DNA of 64,000 nucleotides from Phallusia mammillata (GCA_965637545.1 OZ281495.1:4650001-4714000), one strand, 5' to 3'. Counted from the stretch's first letter, positions 35,316 through 48,593 are shown. The notes: generated by a model from the letters alone, not told the origin. Made by a program: numbers and translations.

Positions 35316-35430
35316 CGACAGGAACGTGGCCGAACGGTCTGGCGCGCCTGACCCATATACAGACATAAAAAAACCTGATCGGGATTCGTCCCCGGGAGAG
35401 TCCTGGGTTCGAACCCCGTGAAAAAAAAAA
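35316..35430 (+). mobile_element. tRNA-derived SINE
   Basis: A-box TGGCCGAACGG, B-box GGTTCGAACC, poly(A) tail; further copies at 43055-43136 and 44502-44623. Confidence 0.75.
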
Positions 35431-38400
35431 GTTTAAGTTTAACAGTGAGTGCAGTTAAAAATTTATTTTGCTATCATTAAATTTATTGTTTGACTGTTGG
35501 TCGTGACTTTTTAAGATGACTGTAAGTGGGTTTCAGTTTTTACAGTTATCATTGAATTAAATAAGTGTATCTAACACCTTGAAAAAGAAAAAGAAGTCAT
35601 CTAACACCTTGAAAAATCACAATTAAACTATACAATAAATATCTGAATTAAAAAGTTTTATGAAAGTATGGGACAAAACATCTGCTACTCCAATGTCATG
35701 CAGGAATAAACAACAACAAGAAATACTCAGTTTTAGTTGTTAATGCTACCAAAAAATAAATTAAATTTGTGACTGTGAAGTTAAATGCCTCACTGAAATG
35801 CGGGCAATATCAAATGCAGAACAAACAATTGCAGAAGCAACAGGAATTTTGAAATACCTGAGTGAAGACAATAGTGTGCATTTCTTAACACACCACGTCA
35901 AGTGCAATCATGTGTATTGATATAATAGACATGTACTATTTCTCTAAACAGTAGCTGCTAAATTGCTTCACAGCAGGGGTTCTTAAACTTTTTCGGTCGT
36001 GCCCCACTTGACACTATTTATTTAATCTCACGCCCGCATGGCATTTTTTAGGTTAGCCAAAACAAATTGATAACTTTGTTACTGTTGTTGCTTCATAAAG
36101 ACGTAAGTAAATTGAATTGGTATTCTTCTGCCCATCTGTGCCTAAAAAGGGACTTAATTTTAAGGGCTATTTCTCTCTACAACGTTAAATTGAAACAAGT
36201 GCTCTTGATTTAACGAAATTATATTATTAAATATAATTAATTAAATAAACTATCCCATACCATTGCTGAATGGCACGTTGGTACTTCTGTATTTTCTAAA
36301 TGATTCACACCAAACCGTAATTTTGAATGTTGTTTTTCCGGCGTTGGCTTCAAAATATGATTTTTTAAATGCGATCACATTCAAGCGTCATATCCACCTC
36401 AGTAAATTCTGCATTGTAGTTTTACGAACATGTATATCCATTTAGTATGCGTACGACTTGATGCATGCAACCGATAACTCGATCAATTATAACATAAACT
36501 TATCTGCCAAGGGGAGGATATTTGTTCGTATGGGCCCTTTTGAGCTTATAAACTGGTAAATTTGTTCGCTGTCGGCCGCAGAAGTCTGGTTTAAAAAACA
36601 ACCATTGTCAAACAGCTTGTTGTGTTTGTGTTTAATGTTTATCATGTTGCAATCCTTTTATTCTCCCGTGACGTTTTGTTTTCGGATTTCGCCAAAGATT
36701 GTCACATGAATTGCGACACGTTGTGTTTTGGATTGAATTAAAACCCTCTTTTGTAATCTGTTATGTGTTATGACACGTAGGGCGTATTGGTTTCTCACCA
36801 ACATTAGAATAAAGATATAAGGTCACGGCGCTTTTTAAATACGTTTCAGGTGCTTTGTCTGTTTTGATTCAGGTCACAGACAATGACATGTTTCACAGCT
36901 TCAAAATGACTTTGCTGATTTTACAATCTTCTGTTACTCTATTGCTACATAACGCAACATCCAATGATGGGATTTTTCCGAAAGAACCTATTTCTAGGAT
37001 TGCTAGGGTTATGGAAATCGGATGCAAAATAAGTTAACATGTACAGACATTGCATCGAATATGCATACAAGTACACTACATGTGCTTTAATGTCACAATT
37101 ATTATAGCTTCATACCTGTTGGAAAAGTTTCAACATGCAATTGCTGACTCGATTGGATTTGAATTTAAACAATTGTAGGAAGCCACATTGAAATGCATCG
37201 ACACAAAAAAAACAATCAAAAAGAAGCCTTTAACAACTTGCCCTAAAACTGTATTTTTTTAAAGTGTAAAAAGGTGTTTCATGTTGGTTGTCGAAAAATA
37301 GATGCGAAACTGGTTTTATTTTTGAATTACGTATTGATGTTTTGTAGTAATCAAATAAAGACACGAGTCATTGACTTCATTGACAAATATGGCAAGTTTT
37401 GTCCCAGTGTTATTGCAGGGCTAACATTTCAATGAAGCTTTTTCTTTAAAACTCAAACAATCATACTGTGGCGACAACCGGTGTTTACCCAACTGCGTTA
37501 TTCATCCACTGGCTACAAAACCTCACAATACGTCAGGTGGCATTTTCTCTTGGCAAAGTGTCATTTTTCGCTCTTTCTGTTGTGTTGCCATTCGATATTT
37601 GGATTCGCGCAAATAAATAGCGCCACAGTACTTTATTGAAAACAGACATTCACCTCCAAGCATGGCAAATTAAAGGATCCTGTGCACAAAACATGATGCC
37701 AAATTTGCCAAACTAACCTTGGCATATTCAGTTCAAACACGTTGTGTTATCCAAGTCTACTGTAGAGGCGAGGCAATACTCTAGCATTAGTCCTTGTACA
37801 AGTCTGCTTGCATTAGTCCTCGTTAACCAAGTTATTTGGGCAAAAATTTGGAGCGCACGTTGGGCTTCTACAATTACCGTAAAACTAGTGGCGATGTCCG
37901 GTTTAGAGACCGACGCATACATATGTTTGTGTTCTAATGACGAAAAAGCCCGGCTTTGTCACTGCTCTGTTCAAGCTGTACAACGGTAAGTCTCTGCCAT
38001 GTCGCGCGATTACTGCGCAACCTTGTGGTAAACAAAATCTTCATTTGGCAAACGTATTTGTCGCCACATATATGTGCCTACAGCCTGCACGTTGCAATAC
38101 AAATTCAATGTCTAGTCTACTAAAATTTTTCTGTCTATATGTTTGCTCGCCCACATGCAGACATAAAAACGTTGATCGAAATGTTAGAGTTTAAACAAGT
38201 TATAGCAAAGTGCAACTAACTTCAGCCAAGTGTACTAATTAAACTTATGGTAATAATAAAAGTGATGTGTTCGGAATTTTTTTAAGGATGTGCTTTACCG
38301 TTTCTATTCAATTGTCAAAATTAATTAAGAATCATTTTATGCCTTTAGTGCAAGTCAAATTAAAACTTTTATTTTGAAACGTTGTGTTGATGTAACCATT

Positions 38401-38656
38401 TGTAACCATAACTAGAAGTGTTTTTTGGTGTGCTGTTGTTTTTGCGACATACGTGTTGCAATATCGGGTGGTTCATTTAACTTGACTGACAACTGGGTGT
38501 TTCCAATTGCGTGCTTGATTAAAAGAAAACATTGAGTGCTTGGTCAACAAAGGAATTTTGACTTTGCCCGATTGACAGAGACTATATAAGTGGCTTGTTA
38601 CTAAACATAGTTTTGCTCTACGATGGTTTGGGTATTTCTATCACCGTGCTCTACAT

Positions 38657-40408
38657 TTGTTTTATCAGAACAGGGAAAGTGTAAAAAGCGTTGGACTAAT
38701 CTTGGGAAAATACACAAACCCAAAATTGCAGGCATATACCTACATGTCGCTGCTGAATAAAATGCCGGATGGAAAGTTTGGAAACAAAGTGTATGGAAGA
38801 TATTCAGATGTTGCTGACTTGGAAAGGAAATTGGATTGGAGGGAATGTCACTTTATTCATAATATCGGCGATGAGAAACCACATGCAATAACGCAATACA
38901 TAAGAAAGGAGTTGAAAATTAAGGAGGATTCAACGAGCGATGAAGAAATCCAGGCACCTAATTTGGTCTGCCCTATTCCACACATTAGGAGGGCGGATTG
39001 GTATGATATTTCTAATTCATGGTTCTTTCAAAGGAACGCATGCTTGTCAAAAATTGAAGGAGATCCAACAAGCGATGAAGAAATCCAGGCATCTAATTTG
39101 GTCTGCCCTATTCCACATATTAGGAAGGCGGATTCGTTTGATGTTTCTAATTCATGGTTCTTTCAAAGGAACGCATCCTTGTCAAAAATTGAAGAAGATT
39201 CAACAAGCGATGAAGAAAACCAGGCACCTAATTTGATCTGTCTTGTTCCACACATTAGGAAGGCGGAGTCGTTTGATGTTTCTAATTCATGGTTCTTTCA
39301 AAGGAACTCATGCTTGTCAAAAATTGAAGAAGATTCAACAAGCGATGAAGAAATCCGGGCACCTGATTTGGTCTGTCCTGTTCCACACATTAGGAAGGCG
39401 AAGTCGTTTGATATTTCTAATTCATGGTTCTTTCAAAGGAACGCATCCTTGTCAACAATTGAAGAAGATTCAACAAGCGATGAAGAAATCCGGGCACCTA
39501 ATTTGATCTGCCCTGTTCCACACATTAGGAAGGCGGATTCGTATGATATTTCTAATTCATGGTTCTTTCAAAGGAACGCATGCTTGTCAAAAATTGAAGG
39601 AGATTCAACAAGCGATGAAGAAATCCAAGCATCTAATTTGGTCTGCCCTATTCCACACATTAGGAGGGCGGATTCGTTTGATATTTCTAATTCATGGTTC
39701 TTTCAAAGGAACTCATGCTTGTCAAAAATTGAAGAAGATTCAACAAGCGATGAAGAAATCCAGGCACCTAATTTGGTCTGCCATATTCCACACATTAGGA
39801 AGGCGGAGTCGTTTGATGTTTCTAATTCATGGTTCTTTCAAAGGAACGCATCCTTGTCAAAAATTGAAGAAGATTCAACAAGCGATGAAGAAAACCAGGC
39901 ACCTAATTTGATCTGTCTTGTTCCACACATTAGGAATGCGGAATCGTTTGATATTTCTAATTCGTGGTTCTTTCAAAGGAACGCATGCTTGTCAAAAATT
40001 GAAGAAGATTCAACAAGCAATAAAGAAATCCAGGCACCTAATTTGGTCTGCCCTATTCCACACATTAGGAAGGCGAAGTCGTTTGATGTTTCTAATTCAT
40101 GGTTCTTTCAAAGGAACGCATGCTTGTCGAAAATTAAAGAAGATTCAACAAGCGATGAAGAAATCCAGGCACCTAATTTGATCTGTCCTGTTCCACACAT
40201 TAGGAAGGCGAAGTCGTTTGATATTTCTAATTCGTGGTTCGTTCAAAGGAACGCATGCTTGTCAAAAATTGAAGAAGATTCAACAAGCAATGAAGAAATT
40301 CAGGCACCTAGTTTAGTCTGCCCTATTCCACACATTAGGAAGGCGGATTCGTTTGATGTTTCTAATTCATGGTTCTTTCAAAGGAACGCATTCTTGTCCA
40401 AAATTTGA
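38657..40408 (+). CDS. Unknown protein or exon with 11 tandem 45-aa repeats (EEDSTSDEEIQAPNLVCPIPHIRKADSFDVSNSWFFQRNACLSKI)
   Basis: 583-codon ORF with 88 unique codons followed by 11 in-frame units; possible acceptor TTTTATCAG near 38666, so the start may be an upstream exon. Confidence 0.55.
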   Translation: MFYQNRESVKSVGLILGKYTNPKLQAYTYMSLLNKMPDGKFGNKVYGRYSDVADLERKLDWRECHFIHNIGDEKPHAITQYIRKELKIKEDSTSDEEIQAPNLVCPIPHIRRADWYDISNSWFFQRNACLSKIEGDPTSDEEIQASNLVCPIPHIRKADSFDVSNSWFFQRNASLSKIEEDSTSDEENQAPNLICLVPHIRKAESFDVSNSWFFQRNSCLSKIEEDSTSDEEIRAPDLVCPVPHIRKAKSFDISNSWFFQRNASLSTIEEDSTSDEEIRAPNLICPVPHIRKADSYDISNSWFFQRNACLSKIEGDSTSDEEIQASNLVCPIPHIRRADSFDISNSWFFQRNSCLSKIEEDSTSDEEIQAPNLVCHIPHIRKAESFDVSNSWFFQRNASLSKIEEDSTSDEENQAPNLICLVPHIRNAESFDISNSWFFQRNACLSKIEEDSTSNKEIQAPNLVCPIPHIRKAKSFDVSNSWFFQRNACLSKIKEDSTSDEEIQAPNLICPVPHIRKAKSFDISNSWFVQRNACLSKIEEDSTSNEEIQAPSLVCPIPHIRKADSFDVSNSWFFQRNAFLSKI

Positions 40409-40618
40409 AATTTTTATAAAAAGGAATAAGGAAATCCAGGCCCTTATTTTGGTCTGCCCTATTCCACACATTAGGAAGGCGGATTCGTTTGATGTTTCTA
40501 ATTCATGGTTCTTTCAAAGGAACGCATTCTTGTCCAAAATTTGAAATTTTTATAAAGAGGAATAAGGAAATCCAGGCCCTTATTTTGGTCTGCCCTATTC
40601 TACACGTTAGGAAAGCGG
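38921..40618 (+). repeat. 135-bp tandem repeat, 11 full in-frame copies plus about 1.5 degenerate 3' copies
   Basis: Units start at 38921, 39056, 39191 ... 40271 with exact 135-bp spacing; a T insertion creates TGA at 40406. Confidence 0.97.
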
Positions 40619-42010
40619 CTTTATTGAAATGAAAGTTTCATCATTGTATGCCGTGAAAAATCCAATCTGCTGCATCAAAAATATTCGTAGATATGTTTCA
40701 CGAACGAAAATTGTATGCGCTCTTTATGAGGGGGGGTAAATTTAAGCTCACTTTAAAAACTAATTTAATCATTGTACTTTTTTAATCCTAGGTTACTAGA
40801 GTTTTTAAAGTATTTCTACTAAAACTGTATAATTACCATGCTTGAATCTGCACTTCCATGAATGAAGACACTTCTGAAGCTTCGTATGGACATTCAGGCT
40901 AAGTTAATGCAGTTTTATCTGCAACCTCAGCTAAGTACGAAGCTGCCATTTGAAGGCAGTCTTTAGGAATTTACAAACCCAAATATTAGTATTAATCTGC
41001 TTTTCGAGGTGAGGTTTTGCATCTAACTTGAACCATACATAATATCTTTTCAGATTTAAGCGGTCGGCCACCGTCAGATCCAATTTAAGACAGAAAAATC
41101 AGCTGCTTTACCGTGAAGGAACACTTGGTTCGTTACTCTATGCTTGCTTACTTCAGCCATTTGTAATTTACATCTAATTTTTTCGTTATCGTTAGTCAGC
41201 ATAAATGTGTTTAAGTGGATCAGAAACAGATTTGTACTTACTGCGTTTTCTTAGTCTAAATTAAAGGAGTGATTTGCTCTAGAGTTAAATACTAATTGCT
41301 TCTTGTCGATTTTTTCCTTGTTATAAAATTGCATTTGATTTTTGCAGACCATCATACCCGCGTTAACAAACTCGTGGCTAGAACGGAAGTTGTGGACATT
41401 TTTGGCCTTACAAAAGCCGGTTTTGTGTTCAGCTTTCCACAAGATCCTCACAGCAATTGCGACACGTTTTATTTTAGATATGATTGAAACGCTCTTTTGT
41501 CATTGGCATTGTGTTATGTCACCTATTTCGCTCTTGGTGCATAGGAACAAAGGGTTAAGGTCGCGACGCTTTTAGGTGCTTTGTTTGTTTTAGGAGGAAA
41601 AGTGATTTAGGTCACAGATAAATCAACAAAGACATGTTTTTTACAGACGCATTCAACTTTTGGATTTCACAATCTTCTCTGTACCTTGTTGCAACAAAGC
41701 ACGACATCCATTGTTAAGACCAGTTTCTGGGAAATAGTGTTTGAATAAGTGTTGATGTTTTTGTAGTCAACAAATAATAAAACAATTCCTTGACGTAAGT
41801 TTACTCAACATGGCGTTTTTTGTCCATTGTGATCGTACAGAATTTCGATTAATACAATTTTGATTGTCAACGGGTGTGTTTGGTAAACCATTAAATCACG
41901 CCTTCCCTTCAACAACAAAACATTGCGTGCTATGTTGAAAATAGACTTTCACAACTAAGCATAGCAAATTAAAGGAATTCATAATCCAAAACTTGCATGT
42001 TACCCTAGAC

Positions 42011-42312
42011 CAGTGGTCGCCAAAAGGCCGGATCCGGCTTTCGGCGCCATTTTATCCAGCCCGCGAAGGTGTTATTGGTTACGCAAAACGTTTGGAACAT
42101 TTTGTAAATGTACGCCACAGACACGAGCATAGAATAGTATTTGTATACATCCGTCATAGTTTTACAAATTAACAGCGGCATCATCTGAACGGAAATACTG
42201 CCTCGCGGGGTCCAGTTTGTGAAGGAGTGAGTTAGGGGTTGTAAGCCATGTGGCTTTCGTGGCTTATTATTAAATTTATCTGGCCCATTGTAAAAAAAAA
42301 TTTGAGACCCTG
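42011..42312. mobile_element. hAT-type MITE
   Basis: CAGTGGTCGCCAAA ... TTTGAGACCCTG; TSD CCCTAGAC/CCCTAGGC. Confidence 0.75.
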
Positions 42313-44501
42313 CCCTAGGCCAAATCGGATCCGTCGGAAAGCACTTTTTTATTAAGTGTATATTTTGCCAAATTCTTTTGTCCTCTTCAGTTCATATGAA
42401 TAAATGTAAAATCGATGAAACAGAGTAACGATAAAATAATACAACACAAAAGGCTGCCGTTATGTAACCTGAAAATTAACTAACACCACACTTCACAGAA
42501 GACCCCATTCGATAGGTGGCACAAAGAGCAGTTCAACCATTAAAAACGAAATATTTCTAAAAAAGCTTACGCTTAGGATTATAAGGGTCGGAGTAAAGCA
42601 TTAGCATTTAAAATTCAATAAACCAAGCAATAGAACTTAGTTTCTCATGAAAAATTTTCAAAAACTTTTCAACCTTAACCCTTTTAGCCGCTCAATGAAT
42701 AATGCAGCTCTTTGCGTCACCGTTCGAAATTAGCTAAATTTGGGTCTGTCGTGAGGTGTGGTGTGTGTGGCTCTAACTGTGTAACCTGCTAGGAACAGTG
42801 CAAAAGCAAGCGCAATAAGCACGCTATTAGACAGGCACGTCTCCTGAAGATGTGACGCAAAATTGGAAAACGAAGGCCCGAGGCTAAATTTTAAGTTGAA
42901 TGTTTATTTTGGCATTAAATTTTGGAGCGCAGGTTGTTTATTAGCGCAAACATATGTTTGTGTTCGTAATAAAGAAAGCGCGGATTGGTCATCCTTGCGT
43001 TGGTGTTGTGTAACGTTAAATCTTTAAGTGCGATGAGTGCGTCACCTTGTGACAAACTGGCGCGCCTGACCCATATACAGACTTAAAAACATGATCAGGA
43101 TTCGTCCCCGGGAACTCTCCGGGACAGGAAACTTGGCCTAAACTGCAACTGACCGTAATTATTATATGACATTCTCAACACCCATTTTAAGGTTTTTTGT
43201 ACTCTTGGGTGGTGTTTATTTTAATCATCTTTGCACACAGTTTACCAGACTGTCTGTCAAGCAAAATCGGCCAATATGCTGGCGTTGTTATTGGCCTCGC
43301 ACACATCCACATAGCACCACAAGCGGCAGCCAAATAATGAGAACAAAGGAAATGGCACTGCATCCGTGCCATAGAAAAAATGAGAAGCTTGTAAGTTTCA
43401 TTACCGGTAATTCGACATTTTCACTGTCAATGTGACAGTAAACCCTTAAACATATATACTTAATCCATCTATTTTTAGACCTGTGCGGAAACGTTTAAGC
43501 TACAAAGTAATAGCATGTTTACTCCAGAGTTACAAAACGCACTAGCAATACCCCTTACATGTTCCTTGCAACGCGATTTTGTGCGTTTGCTGACAGTAGT
43601 AGTGTAGAGATATTTGTTGCTTGTGTACATTGGTTTTCTTGCTTGTAACTCTTTGTTTTCACTTTCCTTTTTTGCGTTGTGGCACCTTAGTTATGTTTGT
43701 GTTATGGCACCCCGCTGCGGAAAGTAACCCGTCTACGGATGTTAAAAATAATTGCTCAGCTTTTAAATGATGCTGAAAACTGCTGAATGACTGTGGGAGA
43801 AATATAATGTAAGGATCTGAGCACCTTTTCTACTCCCCAGTAGTTTAGATGGCTAGCTAATAACATGAAACCAGTAAACCAGCCAAACAACAACCAACAA
43901 AAGCATTTGGAGACAACCATAGAAAAAACTTTTATCCAGGTAACACATTTCATGATTGCTTAAACGCTAGATGTCGCTCACGTTACGTCAAGTTATGATT
44001 GATTTCCGTTACTCATGTATTTACAAAGGCTTTACCACACCGCTACGAAAATATGACGATTTGAAGTATTTTAAACTTTTCTCCGTATACACAAGCCAGA
44101 ACGCAACCCTGCTATTGGTATTTGAGTACTCCTAGGCTCACAAACAAAGCCTTCATGCATTAAATACACGTTCACGCGATTGAAACTAATAATATATACA
44201 TGTATTCTTTTCGTCAATAAAGCTTGTATTTTATCAATACCATGCAAGAGATGGAATATGCAAGTGTGCAAATTTATTTGTTTGTTAAATTGGTTTGATT
44301 GAATTTATATCAACATATGGAGCGTGGGATATATAGCAGAAAGAACGTTATGGGAAGCAATTATTACGGACAGCTACGAACAAAAACGTTTTTTGACCAA
44401 AGATCTACTTTTTCAAGCATCCAATCATCGTAGCCCGTAAGACAAAAAAGTCATCGTGTATTCGGACTCTCGCGGATTTGAGAGTCCAGTACTACAATGT
44501 T

Positions 44502-44623
44502 CTTGTTTTTTTGCTTTTTTACGGGGTTCGAGTCCAGGACATTCCTGGAGACGAATCCCGATTAGGGCTTTTTAAGTCTGTATATGGGTCAGGCGAGCCG
44601 GACCATTCGGACAAGTTTCTGCC
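44502..44623 (-). mobile_element. tRNA-derived SINE with target-site duplication
   Basis: Reverse-complement copy of the 35316 element with an A-rich tail, flanked by direct repeat CTACAATGTT (44492-44501 and 44624-44633). Confidence 0.85.
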
Positions 44624-46156
44624 CTACAATGTTTTCGCTTGCTATAGTTAAATGTCTATTGTATTATACTGCCCCTGGTGATAAGCCAATCGTCGAAAAA
44701 ATGAAATAATACACAATTTTGTTTTTGCAGTTATACTTATAATGCTGAGCACCATAAATGCTTGCAAACTTATTTCCAAGACACAAATCTCTTCAATCGA
44801 AAAATAGCTGAACAACTGTAAAGTTATAAGTTATTTTCTGGTTGCTGTATATGTGGAGGGAGGGTAGTATCGACATTTTGCCTCTCAAGCAATAAACTGC
44901 GCAAAATTACACATTCAAACATTGAGAAAAACAAAACTGCAAGTCATACGGTATCTGGTAAGTTTGAAACGTTTTGATTATGATAAAACGACAATTACAT
45001 GTGTTGTTTAGTGCAAATGTTCATTAACTTTATCGTTTTACTCGTATACAAAATTGTCTTTTCTCCTGTTGAGTTTTTTTGTTTAGGTACGACTTTTTAT
45101 ATAATACAGGTGTGAAGAGTGACGACACACTCACACCTTCATTGTGTTGCGCAAGTTGCAGGAAAAACTTTTACTGTTCTTCGAGGTTCGCCCCATGACG
45201 GCGACATGGCACAGCCAGTCATCCAGTCAGGGATATCACTTTTTGTTGTTATCCTATGGTCATGGCGTCACAACAACCTGTGCCAAAAGTCTTTTCAGCC
45301 CATGTTTACTTTATGACTTTTGCTGATGTGAACGCAAACAACGAAAAACTAAAAACCTGTACGACGGAATGTGTCGTTTATTATCTTGCCCACTCCTCTG
45401 TATGTAATTGCGTGTTGTGTATCTGCAGATAGCAACTAATGAACGCCATGAAAATATCCCCATCCCCTACATAAATATTTATATTGCGTAGTCTCAAGAG
45501 TGGAAAAATGCTTGCTATCTGGCGTATCGTGGTCACGCAACGCACCACAATGGCAATATGACAGACACGTACAAACACAAACATAGAAGACATAGAATTT
45601 TGAACTCCAGCTTTATTCTGCTTTGTCACCTCCAGAGTTAAACCTTATTCACGCCAAAAAAATAACAACGGCATGTTTTCACAGATACTTCACAGATCAA
45701 TGACATTGTTGATTTCGGTGTTTTCCTCTATCACAACAACACACACCTTGCAGCGTTGGGACTTGTCCGGGTTTTAAGAAGCTGTTTCTGGGATTTCTTG
45801 AGCTGTTGGAATTGGTTCATAAGAATGCAACCAGCATTAAAGTTCAATATACAGAAAGGACAAGTAAATGTGTACAAGCCCACTATCTCTGCTTAAATAT
45901 CTGAGTTTAGAGTTTGTTATCAAATGAAAATGATAAAAACTAACTTAATTCAAGCACATTTAAAACACGAGAAAACATTCATTGTGGGCGCAAGGATAAA
46001 GTTAATGTTCATTGACATGACAAAATAAAACAACGTGTCTTACGGGAGAAATGCATGTTTTTGACATAATTTTCCTCAACAATCAAATTGTTATTGTTTA
46101 AAAATTGGCAGTTGAACAACTTTTCCGTCCAACTCGAGTTGCTTAACGTATTCATC

Positions 46157-46664
46157 CAGTGCGTCGAACCGAAACTGAACCCGAACGCGCAAACCGGATT
46201 AAGCGAATAATTTCATTAAACCTGAACCAAACCTGAACCGCTAATTACGATTTCCTAAAAACCCGAACCGGAGTTGAAACCCATATTTTGTGTGTTGGAC
46301 CTCAACCGGAACCAAACCAGCAAAAATGCAGTCTCTTATATTTTATAATTTAAAAAAAAATAACGCGCACTGAAAAAAAAGAATAACAGTTATATGGCGT
46401 GTCAAAAATAACAGTGCATGGTCAAAATTCTTTTGGAGTTTAAAAAGGGCAAATAGATGATTGGTAGAATTAAATTGAAACATATAAAAATTTGGACCGG
46501 TTTGAAAATCGCAAATCGGTTCGGACCGGATAATTTGCCTGAATCGGAACAAAACCCGAACCCGAAAATATACATTTATAAAAACCGAAACGAACCCGAA
46601 CCTTTAAAAAAAACAAAGTGAACTCGAATCCAACCTGAACCCATATGACAGGTTCGACTCCCTG
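46157..46664. mobile_element. hAT-type non-autonomous element with AACCCGAA/AACCGG subterminal repeats
   Basis: TIRs CAGTGCGTCGAACC / GGTTCGACTCCCTG; perfect TSD TATTCATC. Confidence 0.9.
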
Positions 46665-48102
46665 TATTCATCAAAAATAACTTGTAACTCGATTCTTGGC
46701 AATCACTTGCCCAAATATTTGTATTTCCAAGTGGTGTGAAACTTCCTTTTGAAGAGTGAGTAACAGATGCGAAACCCTTTTGTTATTGGATAGCGTGCTG
46801 CTGTTTTTATAGTTCCAACTTGTACCATTCGTGAGCGGGTGTGTTTGGATAACTAAACCTATTCTTTAGGTTTAAACAAACCATTGTGTGGATGCATAGT
46901 ATATATATTGATAAAATTGAACATGTTATCCATACTCGTTTTCAACTCGCTCACTTTCAACTGTGTGCTGCAGAATTCGGTATCAGCTTTTTAATTTAGG
47001 CGATTTGTGGTAGTCCAAATTAAAGAATGTACCGACGACTTAGAAAAGTGAACTATCTACTTTACAAAAAAACTAATAGAACCTTTTCAAAAAAAGTATA
47101 ATATAACCTGTGGGCAAGTCATGCTATAGTTCTTGATGTTTTGCTCTTGTCAAATTTAATTTTTAGTTTGATTGCGGTGGCGTTTTTCTTACTGTTTGCG
47201 CATTTGACAACCGCTCATAGGGGAATCGAATCGTGAAACTGATAAGCATTATGTCACGTCACGCGTTCGATTCGCTAAAGCGTAAAATTACATGGCTGCC
47301 AGACCGAATCGCATTTAAGGTTTTTCAGTTTTGCGCAAAGACGATTTGGAGTATTATGGGCATACATAAGGCCGGAATAGTGTTAATTTAAAAGTATTTT
47401 TGGACTGTATATGTCTATGCGTCCGAAAATATCTAAATTGATTTGTTTGTTGTTTGCGTTGAGTTCAGACATACCAAATTAATGTGTATCAGGAAAAGTT
47501 GGAACAAACATTTAAAATATAAAGATCACTCTCTGACTTCATTGTCAATTAGTAGTAACACCTGATATCAAAATTGGAGATACTATAACTATGTCACATT
47601 TTAAGGCCATACATTAGCACATTTAAAAATTCCCTTATATGACTGGACAAATCTGTTAAACTTTGTTTCATTGGAGTCTCTTGTATGTTATATGAATAAT
47701 AAACGACTAATTTGTATAACTTTGCACCAGTTAGACGAAAAACTTTTTTAATTATGCAACGTGGGGTATTGAAACGTTTGTTTAGCATCGAATACAAATT
47801 TCCCCGTTATGTTGGGTACAAAATTAAACAAACTAACATATGGTCTTAAGTTAACCCACTTGTTCAAAAAAAGGTTTCCGTAAGCGTATCGACGCCTAAG
47901 CGTATTCAAACCACCTGTACCGAGCGCATCGAGAATCAGAGAAGTCTAATACGCTTTGCCTTTTTTCTTTTTCGGAAACGAGAAAAATGCGTATCGAATA
48001 AGCGTATAGAATACACTTAAACGCTCCATGTAAGTAGACTTATTTTGTTTAGGCATTATCTGTTCAACTTTAAACCATTAGGTGCATAACTTGGCATGAG
48101 TC

Positions 48103-48402
48103 ATGCAGCAAGTTTATGAATCCTTGGCGGCTTTGCAGAAATTAACCGAACACTGCAAATTAAAGGCATGTAATGATGACGAAGAAATGGCAAAACAATC
48201 GCTTGCGGACGATCTCTGTAAAGCAGCTAAATACGACGATTTGGAATACATCACCAACATTCACAGAGAAGCACAACTCGAACAGCAGAAAATCACCAAA
48301 CAAGCGTGGGAGATTTTCGAGGAGAAAATTAAAAACAACACAAAGACTGGAAATACCTTCAAAACATGGGCGTCATATTATATTCCACATTGTGCCAAAT
48401 AG
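48103..48402 (+). CDS. Small helical protein S4 (99 aa; cassette 4)
   Basis: S-family motifs LAALQKLTEH...CNDDEEMAKQSLADDL.KA...DDLEYI.NIHREAQLEQQKITKQAWE.F; acceptor TTGTTTAG ending at 48052, 50 nt before the ATG. Confidence 0.85.
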   Translation: MQQVYESLAALQKLTEHCKLKACNDDEEMAKQSLADDLCKAAKYDDLEYITNIHREAQLEQQKITKQAWEIFEEKIKNNTKTGNTFKTWASYYIPHCAK

Positions 48403-48593
48403 AAACTGGTTTATTGTACCGACACTCATTTTTGTGTAAACCAAGTGAAGTATATCTTTATCGCCTCGCCTTGGGATAAAATTGTAGTTTACTAAAATAA
48501 CCCGTAAAATGTTATCATATTAGTGTAAATGCACTTAAAATGCCACGCATAATTTGTGTTTGCACTTAATTGTTTTCTTTGTGTTCGCATTCT

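Noticed and set aside
35316-35430. Functional tRNA-Met(CAT) gene
   Set aside because: No intact acceptor stem; the poly(A) tail, TSD and dispersed divergent copies indicate a SINE.
38921-40618. CRISPR-like array
   Set aside because: Head-to-tail 135-bp units with no unique spacers, eukaryotic context and no cas genes.
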